Virus record (IMG/VR): IMGVR_UViG_3300028569_002417
Coordinates: 124,001-188,000 of that record
Length of the DNA: 64,000 bases
Strand: one strand, 5' to 3'
This document shows, piece after piece, positions 1 to 9,078 of the stretch; the first letter of the stretch is position 1, and each line of letters starts with the position of its first letter. The notes beneath the pieces were generated by a model. The model worked only from the letters and a program-made list of their open reading frames with translations, made no database searches and was not told the origin of the DNA. The position numbers were made by a program, and so were the translations under genes.

Positions 1-558
1 AACTTCCCTGATATGGTCCAGCTTTGGAGTCGCTGCAAGATTGATCTGGCGTAGTGCTTCACTGTTACCAACGCCAACCCTTCCAGTCGCCTGAAGATCT
101 TGCTGCGCTTGTCGATCTAGACGAAGCTTCCAATAGCTTTCCTGAGCATTATCAATTTCTTCTCGTGTATATTTCTTGGGAAAACTTTGATAAATCTTAT
201 AAAGAGCATCCAATTCTCTTAAAGCGCCTAGCACGGCATAATCTTGTTCTTGAAGGTCAATTCTTTTCAAGTCTGCATCAATCTGATCAATTTCAGTTCC
301 CTTGTCTTCAAGTTCTTTAATTTGAATTTCGATCCTTCTTTTTCCTAGTTTCGCTCTTTTCAAATTAGCAACTTTTATTTGTATCTCAAGGACACACTGG
401 CTAAATTGCATTTCAATTGTATCGTGCTGACCAACTACAAATTTTTCAATTACATATGATGTTCTTGGCTGTTGGATCTCAAGAAATGATTGTTCCAATT
501 CCTCAATAGCTTTTACTGCTTCATTTACTCTTTCATCAATCGTAGTCAATTCGTTCAT
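1..558 (-). CDS. hypothetical coiled-coil protein, partial (runs off window start)
   Basis: Manual translation from ATG 558: MNELTTIDERVNEAVKAIEELEQSFLEIQQPRTSYVIEKFVVGQHDTIEMQFSQCVLE...RQINLAATPKLDHIREV; frame open at both ends read; SD-like GAGG upstream. Absent from the ORF track because it has no stop in the window. Confidence 0.8.
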   Translation of the reverse strand, partial: MNELTTIDERVNEAVKAIEELEQSFLEIQQPRTSYVIEKFVVGQHDTIEMQFSQCVLEIQIKVANLKRAKLGKRRIEIQIKELEDKGTEIDQIDADLKRIDLQEQDYAVLGALRELDALYKIYQSFPKKYTREEIDNAQESYWKLRLDRQAQQDLQATGRVGVGNSEALRQINLAATPKLDHIREV

Positions 559-571
559 TTTTAAGCCTCAT

Positions 572-600
572 TTGAAAAAATAAATCTATTACATTATAAT
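572..600 (+). promoter_or_regulatory. sigma70-type promoter for the glycosyl/methyltransferase operon
   Basis: TTGAAA (572-577), 17 nt, TATAAT (595-600). Confidence 0.6.
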
Positions 601-620
601 GTCAATGACACCATTGTCAA
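593..620 (-). promoter_or_regulatory. sigma70-type promoter for the leftward gene
   Basis: Minus strand TTGACA (620-615), 16 nt, TATAAT (598-593). Confidence 0.6.
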
Positions 621-638
621 AATAAATGAGATTCAATT

Positions 639-1292
639 ATGCCGGGATCATGGGAACTTATCAATCAAAATCGTGTCCTATGTTGCATTTTAACGAGAGA
701 ATATGCACCAGTTGCATGGGCTTTCGGACTCAGAAACCTGCAAATTCCCGGTGCAGTCACAGCACTCCAAGGAATGCCATATGACCATGCACGAAATACA
801 GGATGCTTAAAACTACTCGAACTCGGCTGGGAATGGCTATTCTTTCTCGATGACGATGTCATTCCTCCTCCTGATGCAATCATAAAACTAATGTCTCACA
901 AGAAACCAATCGTAAGTGGCTTGTACTACAGAAGATACGAACCACTTGCCCCTGTAATGTTGAGAGAATCAGAAAATGGTCCTCAATGGATTCAAGAATT
1001 TAATGCTCCTGACCTTCTGGAAGTCGATTATGTAGGAGCAGGATGCCTTCTCATACATCGTGATGTTATCAAACAATTACCTCCACTCAGCAATCGTTGC
1101 CAATGGTTTGAATGGCGATGCGATAGAACTGATCTTCCTCATCTTGAAAAAACAAGCGAAGACTTTACTTTCTGCAAACATGCCAGAAATCATGGATTCA
1201 AAATTTATGTTGATACCAGTGTGCAATGCCGACATGCAGGATTGGGACAAAGTGAAATTGGCGGATTCAAACCATTGGAGATCAGAGCCTGA
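639..1292 (+). CDS. GT-A fold glycosyltransferase (GT2-like)
   Basis: LFFLDDDV DxD motif, VGAGCLLIHRDV, SEDFTFC, IYVDTSVQCRH. Confidence 0.8.
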   Translation: MPGSWELINQNRVLCCILTREYAPVAWAFGLRNLQIPGAVTALQGMPYDHARNTGCLKLLELGWEWLFFLDDDVIPPPDAIIKLMSHKKPIVSGLYYRRYEPLAPVMLRESENGPQWIQEFNAPDLLEVDYVGAGCLLIHRDVIKQLPPLSNRCQWFEWRCDRTDLPHLEKTSEDFTFCKHARNHGFKIYVDTSVQCRHAGLGQSEIGGFKPLEIRA

Positions 1293-2350
1293 TGAAACTT
1301 ACATACTTGCCAACAACTCCAATGAAAAAGTTAAAAATCTGTGTCATATCCAGCACAGTCCTACATTGCCCCCCAAAGGGCTATTCTGGACTAGAAATGC
1401 TGGCTTGGCAAATAGCTGAAGGGCTTACAGCCAAAGGTCATGAAGTAATGCTTGTTGCACCAAGAGGATCAACAAGTAGTTGTGAAATTCATGAAACAAC
1501 ACAATATGAACCAGAAGGACAAGCCTACAGCGGTTATTGGCACAAACTACCAAGCTTTGATGTGATCATCGATCATAGTTGGGAAAAATGGAGCTACATC
1601 CTGAAAATGGAAGGTAAGCTTCCACAACCAATCCTTGGCGTTCTACACGCTCCTGTAGACACTATGTACAGCACAGCACCATCAGTCCCATTCCCATGCT
1701 TTGTTTGCATCAGCAAAGACCAATCAGATGGTTGCTCCGCACACCTGAAAGTCGCTTCCCGTGTCGCTTATAACGGAGTTGATGTTAATTTTTATAAAAA
1801 CACAGGATTAACAAGAAACGACCGTTATCTCTTCCTCGCCAGAATAAGCACAATCAAGGGTCCACATATTGCTGTTGATGTGGCCAATACTTGTAAAATT
1901 GGACTTGATCTCGTAGGAGATGACAGAATCACAGGAGAACCAGAACTTCTCAACAGTATTAAATCTAAATGCTCTGTATCGCCCAATCTTAGGTATGTAG
2001 GGCATCAAAACCGTGATGAGTGCAGTGTATGGTTTAATACAAATAAAGCCCTCCTACACCCCAACAAACACTTCCGTGAGCCATTCGGACTTGCACCAGT
2101 CGAAGCTCAACTATGTGGAATGCCTGTTATTGCATGGAATCATGGTGCCTGCAAAGAAACAATCAAGCATGGCGAGACAGGATTCCTTGTCAATAGTCAA
2201 GAAGAAATGGAAAAACTTATCAAAGACGATGCTGTTTCAACAATTAAATCAGAAAACTGCATTGAATGGGCAAATCAGTTTTCTTATGACAACATGATTA
2301 AAAGATATGAAGATCTTTGTTTTGAAGCAATAGACACAGGTGGCTGGTGA
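1292..2350 (+). CDS. GT4 (GT-B) glycosyltransferase
   Basis: PPKGYSGLE N-terminus; EPFGLAPVEAQLCGMPVIA (EX7E motif). Confidence 0.9.
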   Translation: MKLTYLPTTPMKKLKICVISSTVLHCPPKGYSGLEMLAWQIAEGLTAKGHEVMLVAPRGSTSSCEIHETTQYEPEGQAYSGYWHKLPSFDVIIDHSWEKWSYILKMEGKLPQPILGVLHAPVDTMYSTAPSVPFPCFVCISKDQSDGCSAHLKVASRVAYNGVDVNFYKNTGLTRNDRYLFLARISTIKGPHIAVDVANTCKIGLDLVGDDRITGEPELLNSIKSKCSVSPNLRYVGHQNRDECSVWFNTNKALLHPNKHFREPFGLAPVEAQLCGMPVIAWNHGACKETIKHGETGFLVNSQEEMEKLIKDDAVSTIKSENCIEWANQFSYDNMIKRYEDLCFEAIDTGGW

Positions 2351-3051
2351 AAATACATATTTCTTATACTTATGGCTGTCCTGATGAAACAATTCTTCGT
2401 GAATTGATGAGCTATGACATTCAATGCCCAGAATGCACAATTTTAGAGCCACATGAAAATGCTCCACTAAACTTTGAGGTTCCAACTAGCTTTACAAGTT
2501 TGCACTGGAGCAGACAATACGAATATCCTTGGGCAATTATGCATAGTAATTTGAAGCCAAGCGATGTTTGTCTTGATGCTGGTGGAGCATATGCTGTTTT
2601 CAAGTATGCAGTTGCCAAAAGATGCGCCAAAGTAGTCACGATTGATATGAATCAAGACTATCTTGACAAATCTATAAGGTCAGCAAAAAGACTTGGTTTC
2701 AAAAACATTGAGTTTTATAATTCTAAAATTCAAGATTATAGAAGTGAAGAAAAATTTGATAAAGTCTATTGTATATCTGTTCTAGAACACATACAGAGTA
2801 GTAGTGAAAGAATTGAATGTATTGAAAACATGATAGGAATGCTAAAGAAGGATGGAGAGCTTTATTTAACTTTCGATTTTATCATAGAAGAAGGTGAAAA
2901 TCAGTTTGATTTTTACATGGGAAAAAATGAAGCAGCAGAAATATTAAATTATTTTGGCGTATCTGAATTTAATGATGAAAAATATTATTCTGCGAGTTTC
3001 CCCGGTGGTTGCGTTCTTGCAACAATATGTTTGAAAGTGTGGGAAATATGA
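2347..3051 (+). CDS. class I SAM-dependent methyltransferase
   Basis: CLDAGG motif I, VVTID, FDKVYCISVLEHI, LKKDGELYLTFD. Confidence 0.85.
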   Translation: MKIHISYTYGCPDETILRELMSYDIQCPECTILEPHENAPLNFEVPTSFTSLHWSRQYEYPWAIMHSNLKPSDVCLDAGGAYAVFKYAVAKRCAKVVTIDMNQDYLDKSIRSAKRLGFKNIEFYNSKIQDYRSEEKFDKVYCISVLEHIQSSSERIECIENMIGMLKKDGELYLTFDFIIEEGENQFDFYMGKNEAAEILNYFGVSEFNDEKYYSASFPGGCVLATICLKVWEI

Positions 3052-3707
3052 GGATACCTGACCATATTATTCAAGAATATAAAACCTTTGATCCAGAATC
3101 AAGATTATTTTTTGCTGATTTTGATGAGCCACAAGGTTCAAAAATACTTGAAGTTGGATCTCAACATAGTCCTATAGCCAGCATGATGGCTAAGTGTGGA
3201 TTTCATGTTACAGGTGTTGATTTAAGAGATTCTGATCAAGAATTAAACTATAATCACATTACTGCTGATTTCTGCCGATTACCATCTTACTTCCTTCGTG
3301 AAAACATAGGAACTTTTGATGCTGCTGTTATTGTCTCTGCCATTGAACATTTTGGTTTGAATACTTATGGAGAAGGCAAGATACATGAATATTATGATGT
3401 TATTGCCATGCGATATATTTATGATTTATTGAAACCGGGAGGAACATGTTATTTGACAACACCTTTCGGTGGTAAATTTGTTGTACACAAGCCTCATTGG
3501 CGTGTTTATGATTGGGCTAATCTACTTGAACGAATTGTTCAAGACTTTAGAACAGAAGTGTTTAATCTTGGTGTTTGTGAAGAAATAACAATCAACGGTA
3601 AGGTTTTTCCTGTTGGAAGCCCAATATCAATGAACGAGGCTATACTGAATACAATTGGATTACCTCATGTTTCTTGCTATGTAAGATTAAGAAAACCATT
3701 GGATTAA
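3048..3707 (+). CDS. class I SAM-dependent methyltransferase (DUF268-like)
   Basis: ILEVGS, VTGVDL, SAIEHFGLNTYG, LLKPGG; start moved to ATG 3048 (ATGA overlap with upstream stop). Confidence 0.85.
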   Translation: MRIPDHIIQEYKTFDPESRLFFADFDEPQGSKILEVGSQHSPIASMMAKCGFHVTGVDLRDSDQELNYNHITADFCRLPSYFLRENIGTFDAAVIVSAIEHFGLNTYGEGKIHEYYDVIAMRYIYDLLKPGGTCYLTTPFGGKFVVHKPHWRVYDWANLLERIVQDFRTEVFNLGVCEEITINGKVFPVGSPISMNEAILNTIGLPHVSCYVRLRKPLD

Positions 3708-3710
3708 ATC

Positions 3711-4718
3711 ATGTTTTTATTTGTAACAAATGATAAAATCGGTTCAGAAACAGGAGGCGGTCAAGTAACCGCACATGAATTTGAAGCGTTAAATCAACTT
3801 GGTCCTGTTGATGTCATCAATCCCGCACCAACCAATAATCCTTTTGATTCAGAAAAGTCTATTCAAGAAATTGATTTCAGTAAGTATAAGCTTGCACACT
3901 TCTATGCTGGCACATTCCCAGAACTAACCACCAAATTAAAAGCAAATGGCGTAAAAATAACTTACACTGTTGCTGCTCATGATGTTGACATCAGCAGAGA
4001 AGAATTTTTAGGATTAGGTGCTTCCTTTGATTTTCCACACTTAAATGATCCAAATTTATTTCAAAAATATATAAGCTGCTACAAGAATGCTGATGTTGTA
4101 ATATGTCCATCAATGGTTGCAGAAAAAACCAATAATAAATATGGAATAAACAATACAAAAATAATTCCACATGGTCATGTTCCCGTCAGGAACAAGAAGA
4201 TTCCAAATAAGTTTGCAGTTGGGTATCTTGGTCAGTGTGGACCTGATAAAGGATTGAGATATTTGTTAGAAGCTTGGTCTATTCTAAATTACAAAGATGC
4301 CATATTGAATCTTGCAGGAATTCAAACTCCCAGATTGTTGCCTTTAATTAGACATTTTGGAAAAGGCAATATCAATATTCAAGGCTGGGTTAAATCGACA
4401 GAAGATTTTTACAATAGTTGTTCTGTTTATGTTCAGCCAAGCGCAACAGAAGGATTTGGCATTGAAGTTCTTGAGGCTATGAGTTCTGGCAGACCTGTTG
4501 TTGTTTCTGATGGTGCTGGAGCATCCGATTGCATTGAAGGTTGCGGTTTTGTATTTGAGAAAAAGAATGCTAAGCAGCTTGCACAAATGATCGACACATT
4601 GAAAAACAATCAAAATCTTTGTGAAGAGTTTGGCAAAAATGCGGAAACAAAAGCGAAAAATTACACTTGGGACAAGGTCAAAGAACAATACATCCAATTG
4701 TGGCGGGGCATGATATGA
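3711..4718 (+). CDS. GT4 glycosyltransferase
   Basis: DKGLRYLLEAW; EGFGIEVLEAMSSGRPVVVS. Confidence 0.9.
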   Translation: MFLFVTNDKIGSETGGGQVTAHEFEALNQLGPVDVINPAPTNNPFDSEKSIQEIDFSKYKLAHFYAGTFPELTTKLKANGVKITYTVAAHDVDISREEFLGLGASFDFPHLNDPNLFQKYISCYKNADVVICPSMVAEKTNNKYGINNTKIIPHGHVPVRNKKIPNKFAVGYLGQCGPDKGLRYLLEAWSILNYKDAILNLAGIQTPRLLPLIRHFGKGNINIQGWVKSTEDFYNSCSVYVQPSATEGFGIEVLEAMSSGRPVVVSDGAGASDCIEGCGFVFEKKNAKQLAQMIDTLKNNQNLCEEFGKNAETKAKNYTWDKVKEQYIQLWRGMI

Positions 4719-6289
4719 GTTATTCATTTCCATTTAGTCAAAATGATAAAGTAATTGAATTGGGAGGAGGAGATAGACCATATTTCCGCCCAAATCTCGA
4801 TGTTCGTTCAGGAACAAGCATTGACATAGTTGCTGATTTTAATGAACCATTGCCAATACCAGAAAATGAATACAATGGTGTATTCAGTCAATTTTGCATT
4901 GAACATCTTTCTTGGCGTAAAGTAAAACTATTCATCAGTGAAGTTTATCGTATTCTCAAGAACAATGGTAAAGTTGTTTTTATTACAGCTAATACCGAAA
5001 AGCAAATGCAATATGTTCTTGATCACGATGAGTGGAACGACAACTGTTCTTGTATTATTTTCGGTGACCAAGATTATCCAGAAAACACTCATCGCAATAG
5101 CTTCAGTCCAAAATATGCAATTAAGTTAATGACTGATGCTGGATTCACCAATGTTATTGTATTGCCTTTTGGGGAATTACAAACAGATATGATTATTGAA
5201 GCAACCAAAAAAACCAATAAAATTGATTTTGATAGAGAGTATTTTGATAATCCTCATTTTTATGGTGAGAATACTGGATTCTATCGTGATCATCCAAGCA
5301 ATTGGATTGTTTTCAATAACATCATGAAGAAGAATCCAACTTCTGTTTTGGAAATTGGTTGTGGTAGAGGATATTTGCTTAAAAGACTTGAAGTAAATGG
5401 TGTTCCATCCAGAGGATTAGAAATATCCAAGCATTGTTTTCTAACAAGAGTGAGTGATTCTGTTGCTGAATTTGATGTGAGGCAAACACCTTGGCTATTT
5501 GAAGACAATCAATTTGATTTGTGTGTGTCACATGGTTTTTTTGATTTTATTGAAGCTGAATATATTCCTGTTATTCTTAAAGAAATAAATCGTGTTTGTT
5601 CAAGAGGAATGCATGGAGTAAACACAAATAGTCTAAATCTTTCTTGGAGCAATCAGGAATTTATCGACAACAAGCATTTAACAGAAGGATCTCTTGCTCT
5701 GAATATACCTGCTGGAGATGGTAGGCTTAAACTCAATATTGGTAGCTTCACGGTGATGTTACATAATGGCTGGATCAACACAGACATTGTAAATCTGAAT
5801 GATTATGCTGCTCAAAATCAATACAAATTCCTTCAGATGGATTGTAGGCATCCGCTTCCATTTGAAAAAAGTACTGTTGATTTAATTGTTTCCAGTCACA
5901 TGTTAGAGCATCTTGATTGGAATGAAGGATTGAATTTTCTTAAAGAGTGTAATCGCATTATGAAACCAAATGCGACCATAAGGATCGCTGTTCCAGATGC
6001 AGAAAAATTAGTTAGTTATTATAAGGATAACAATCTTGAATTTTTAGATCAGATGAATGTTACTGCTGCTCAAAATAAAGCGCAATCATTCAAGTTATGG
6101 TCATTCTTATTTGATGGTCACAAGATTGCATATGATTTTAGTAGTTTAGAGCAGATTGGAATGGAAGCTGGATTCCGTGTTGAGAGAAGGAATTTTAATG
6201 AAGGTAATTTACAGATAATCAGGGAGACGATGGATTATCTCCCTGAAATTAGCATATATGTTGAAATGACTAAGAATTCCAATGTCTGA
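4715..6289 (+). CDS. protein with three tandem class I methyltransferase domains
   Basis: VIELGGG...IEHL...LKNNG; VLEIGCGRG...FEDNQFDL; KLNIGS...SHMLEHL...MKPNATIRIAVPD. Start ATG 4715 overlaps upstream stop. Confidence 0.85.
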   Translation: MSYSFPFSQNDKVIELGGGDRPYFRPNLDVRSGTSIDIVADFNEPLPIPENEYNGVFSQFCIEHLSWRKVKLFISEVYRILKNNGKVVFITANTEKQMQYVLDHDEWNDNCSCIIFGDQDYPENTHRNSFSPKYAIKLMTDAGFTNVIVLPFGELQTDMIIEATKKTNKIDFDREYFDNPHFYGENTGFYRDHPSNWIVFNNIMKKNPTSVLEIGCGRGYLLKRLEVNGVPSRGLEISKHCFLTRVSDSVAEFDVRQTPWLFEDNQFDLCVSHGFFDFIEAEYIPVILKEINRVCSRGMHGVNTNSLNLSWSNQEFIDNKHLTEGSLALNIPAGDGRLKLNIGSFTVMLHNGWINTDIVNLNDYAAQNQYKFLQMDCRHPLPFEKSTVDLIVSSHMLEHLDWNEGLNFLKECNRIMKPNATIRIAVPDAEKLVSYYKDNNLEFLDQMNVTAAQNKAQSFKLWSFLFDGHKIAYDFSSLEQIGMEAGFRVERRNFNEGNLQIIRETMDYLPEISIYVEMTKNSNV

Positions 6290-6437
6290 TGCAATTTGCC
6301 ATGACGAAACCACATGTGATAATGTTTATTATCCAAAAGAATGTGCGAATGATGGCTCCTATGTGACATTCAATGTCATCATACATTAAGTCGTCACCCA
6401 TGGCTTTACGCCAAATTGACCAGAATTTTTTCAACAT
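6270..6437 (-). CDS. small membrane protein (55 aa), resembles a small hypothetical protein common in T4-like phages
   Basis: Manual translation MLKKFWSIWRKAMGDDLMYDDIECHIGAIIRTFFWIINIITCGFVMANCIRHWNS; TAATG coupling to upstream stop; family match is from memory. Confidence 0.7.
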   Translation of the reverse strand: MLKKFWSIWRKAMGDDLMYDDIECHIGAIIRTFFWIINIITCGFVMANCIRHWNS

Positions 6438-6751
6438 TAGTCAAGAACACCTTGAGTTTTTCCAATATTACCAAGAACATCAACTGCATTCCATACGGCG
6501 TTGTAGACAGTTTCGTCTGTAGCGGTGTAAGAAAAAAGATCTCTCATGTGAAGTCTTCTTCTTTCTGTTGGATGAAAGTTTGGTTTTCCATTTTCATCTA
6601 GGTAGCATAATCTGTAGTCAACAACCAGAATTGGTTCTGGGCTAGAGGTGAGTGTTGCATCAAGAGTAAGGTTTTCGACCCACCAAACATTATAGATTTT
6701 TTCAATTGTTGCAGGCTCTATGATTGGATTTTCTTTTGTGATTAAGGCCAT
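6437..6751 (-). CDS. hypothetical protein
   Basis: 104 aa; SD AGGAG upstream. Confidence 0.75.
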   Translation of the reverse strand: MALITKENPIIEPATIEKIYNVWWVENLTLDATLTSSPEPILVVDYRLCYLDENGKPNFHPTERRRLHMRDLFSYTATDETVYNAVWNAVDVLGNIGKTQGVLD

Positions 6752-6766
6752 TTTTTCTCCTATACG

Positions 6767-6916
6767 TTATTTAATAAATTCACTTGTTTCGACGCATTCT
6801 TTTTGAGCTTGATTATATCCATTATAGTAACCTATTAGATAACCACACGATAAATAAATCATACTTAAAATTAAAAGCATGATGAAATAAGGTATTTTTT
6901 TCAAGAATGACATCAT
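6767..6916 (-). CDS. small membrane protein (49 aa)
   Basis: Manual translation MMSFLKKIPYFIMLLILSMIYLSCGYLIGYYNGYNQAQKECVETSEFIK; one hydrophobic segment; fills the gap in the minus-strand operon. Confidence 0.6.
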   Translation of the reverse strand: MMSFLKKIPYFIMLLILSMIYLSCGYLIGYYNGYNQAQKECVETSEFIK

Positions 6917-6923
6917 GACCTAT

Positions 6924-7610
6924 TTAGAGGATTTTGCCACAAATTCTTTGATCTTCAGCGGATTTATTTCTCTTTATCACTGATTCACTATTCTTTTTGT
7001 CATATGCAAAAATGCCATTTTGAATTTGAGTGAATATATCTGACCTCATATAAACATCTACGCTTTTGTTTATTCCTGTTACGATAACGCTTGATAAAAG
7101 CCTTCTTGCGATGAAGGGATCAATACTATAAGCGTGTGCTCTGCACAAACAGCGTAGTCCTTGCCATTGCATCATGATTGGAACAGGATTACAGATGAAA
7201 TTATTTTCAACTTGCTCATGGCTTCCTAAGTATATGATTGCGTTTATTGCTGAGTGTTGTGTGATTTTTTGTAAAAGTATTGCATCATGTTCAAGAATAA
7301 CAATTGGCTTATCTTGTTCGGCACACTCTGCCCAAAGGCTTATGTGTGTTAAAAAAATTGAAATTTCTGTTTTATCTAAGGTTGGATTTGAGCATTTGAT
7401 CCACTTCAGCCAATCTTTTCTTTTCAAGTGTTCTGGTTCTTTTATTTCATCGCCTGTGCCATCAAAAGCTGGCCACATTTTGTAAGACATTCCTACATCT
7501 TCACATGATTTGGCGCATTCATTTGCGTACTGACATGATTTTTCATTGTCGGGCAAATAGATGATATAAGCTGAATCAACTCCAATTTCATATTTGTAAT
7601 GTAAATTCAC
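6924..7610 (-). CDS. GT25-like glycosyltransferase
   Basis: AFDG, EISIFLTHISLW, IVILEHDA, AHAYSI. Confidence 0.8.
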   Translation of the reverse strand: MNLHYKYEIGVDSAYIIYLPDNEKSCQYANECAKSCEDVGMSYKMWPAFDGTGDEIKEPEHLKRKDWLKWIKCSNPTLDKTEISIFLTHISLWAECAEQDKPIVILEHDAILLQKITQHSAINAIIYLGSHEQVENNFICNPVPIMMQWQGLRCLCRAHAYSIDPFIARRLLSSVIVTGINKSVDVYMRSDIFTQIQNGIFAYDKKNSESVIKRNKSAEDQRICGKIL

Positions 7611-8287
7611 TTTTCTTTTCCTTTCTCTGGAATTGTTGATTCACTGGGAACATCCATGGCATATATCCCGAAACACAACATTGAAAAACGATTTAGACTT
7701 ATTGTTACATCAGCAGAAGAAAATATTCCTTTTTCCAATATATGGCTAACTAAATTTTTTGCCATAAAAGGATCAATGCTATAAGCATGTGTTCTGAGTA
7801 TGTGTCTATAATCTGGATTAAGTTGTGCATGAGGAGGAATGATACTCCAAAAATTATTTCTTACTTGTTCATTACATCCCAAATAAATGATCGCATTTAC
7901 TGCTTGATGTTCTGTAAAAGGCTGAAGCATCACAGCGTCATGTTCTAATACAATTAAAGGTCTGTTTTGTTCTATGCACTTGCACCACAAAGAGAAATGA
8001 CTTAACAAGCAGCATACTTCTGGCTTTGTCAATTCGTGATTTACAAGACGAAGCCATTTAAGCCATGTGGCTTCTTGGCAATGTTCTGGGACTTTGATAC
8101 CTTCAACATGAGGGTCAGTTCCATCAAAAGCATCGTAGATTTCGGCTTTTTGACCTACTCTTTTGCAAGATTCAAGGCATCGAGATGCTAATCTCTCTGA
8201 TAATTCATGACCACGAATGGTGATGATATATGCTTTTCCCACTGCTAAATCATATTTTGGATGAAGGGTTTCATTTAATATTTGCAT
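7607..8287 (-). CDS. GT25-like glycosyltransferase (paralog of 6924-7610)
   Basis: AFDG, EVCCLLSHFSLW, LIVLEHDA, THAYSI. Confidence 0.8.
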   Translation of the reverse strand: MQILNETLHPKYDLAVGKAYIITIRGHELSERLASRCLESCKRVGQKAEIYDAFDGTDPHVEGIKVPEHCQEATWLKWLRLVNHELTKPEVCCLLSHFSLWCKCIEQNRPLIVLEHDAVMLQPFTEHQAVNAIIYLGCNEQVRNNFWSIIPPHAQLNPDYRHILRTHAYSIDPFMAKNLVSHILEKGIFSSADVTISLNRFSMLCFGIYAMDVPSESTIPEKGKEK

Positions 8288-9078
8288 TAGTACACCAGAT
8301 TAAATTGATTATAATGTTCAGTCAAATATGGCCCAAGTATCTCATCAGGAGGAGTGCTTGTCTTCTTCAAAATTGTTCTAATCAAATGTAAATTTTCTAA
8401 TCCCCAAGCAGCATCTTTTTCTTCAGCGCAAAAATTATGAATGTTTTCATAAAGATGACCCAAATGATGAGGCAATCCTAAAAAGTCATAAATTTCTTTC
8501 AACACAATATCAGGTTTGTTTACCAAGTTTTCATATTCAACAATATGCAAATTATCTCTATAATTTTTCAAACCAAACTTCATGCTTTCATATGGAGATA
8601 TGATGTATTCTTCCCACAAACATTTAGCACGATTGCCAATGTTAATTGGTATTTTTTTTGATTTCAAATGATTGTCAATAAAGTTATCAGATTGTTTGTT
8701 TTTTTCAATTAATTTAATATAAGAAGCAATTATTTCTGAAACTGGACGAACAGTGCAAATTATTTTAGGTTCATCTGTTACAAATCTTTTCAAAGGAATC
8801 AAATTTCGTGGATGACCACGATGTTTATCTAAAATGTATTTCTTGTCTATATGCTTGTAAAAGCTTTCGATAATACCTTTATAAACATTGGCAGAAACCA
8901 CATCTTTATCATAAGTGTATTTTTGGTCCAACAAGTTGAAATTTTGGTTGGTGAAACAAAGTAAATCTAAAAGAGGACTAGTTGGAGTGACATGAAAATC
9001 TGGGTTTTGACCTATGATCGAACCTAAAAGTGTAGATCCAGATCTTGGAAGACCAGACAAGAAAAATATCGTTTTCAA
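8287..9078 (-). CDS. PAPS-dependent sulfotransferase
   Basis: GLPRSGSTLL 5'-PSB loop, ILDKHR, VRPVSEIIASY 3'-PB, VEYENLV. Confidence 0.85.
   Translation of the reverse strand: MKTIFFLSGLPRSGSTLLGSIIGQNPDFHVTPTSPLLDLLCFTNQNFNLLDQKYTYDKDVVSANVYKGIIESFYKHIDKKYILDKHRGHPRNLIPLKRFVTDEPKIICTVRPVSEIIASYIKLIEKNKQSDNFIDNHLKSKKIPINIGNRAKCLWEEYIISPYESMKFGLKNYRDNLHIVEYENLVNKPDIVLKEIYDFLGLPHHLGHLYENIHNFCAEEKDAAWGLENLHLIRTILKKTSTPPDEILGPYLTEHYNQFNLVY

Noticed and set aside
54-320. 88-aa plus-strand ORF
   Set aside because: Antisense to a longer, SD-supported minus-strand CDS (1-558).
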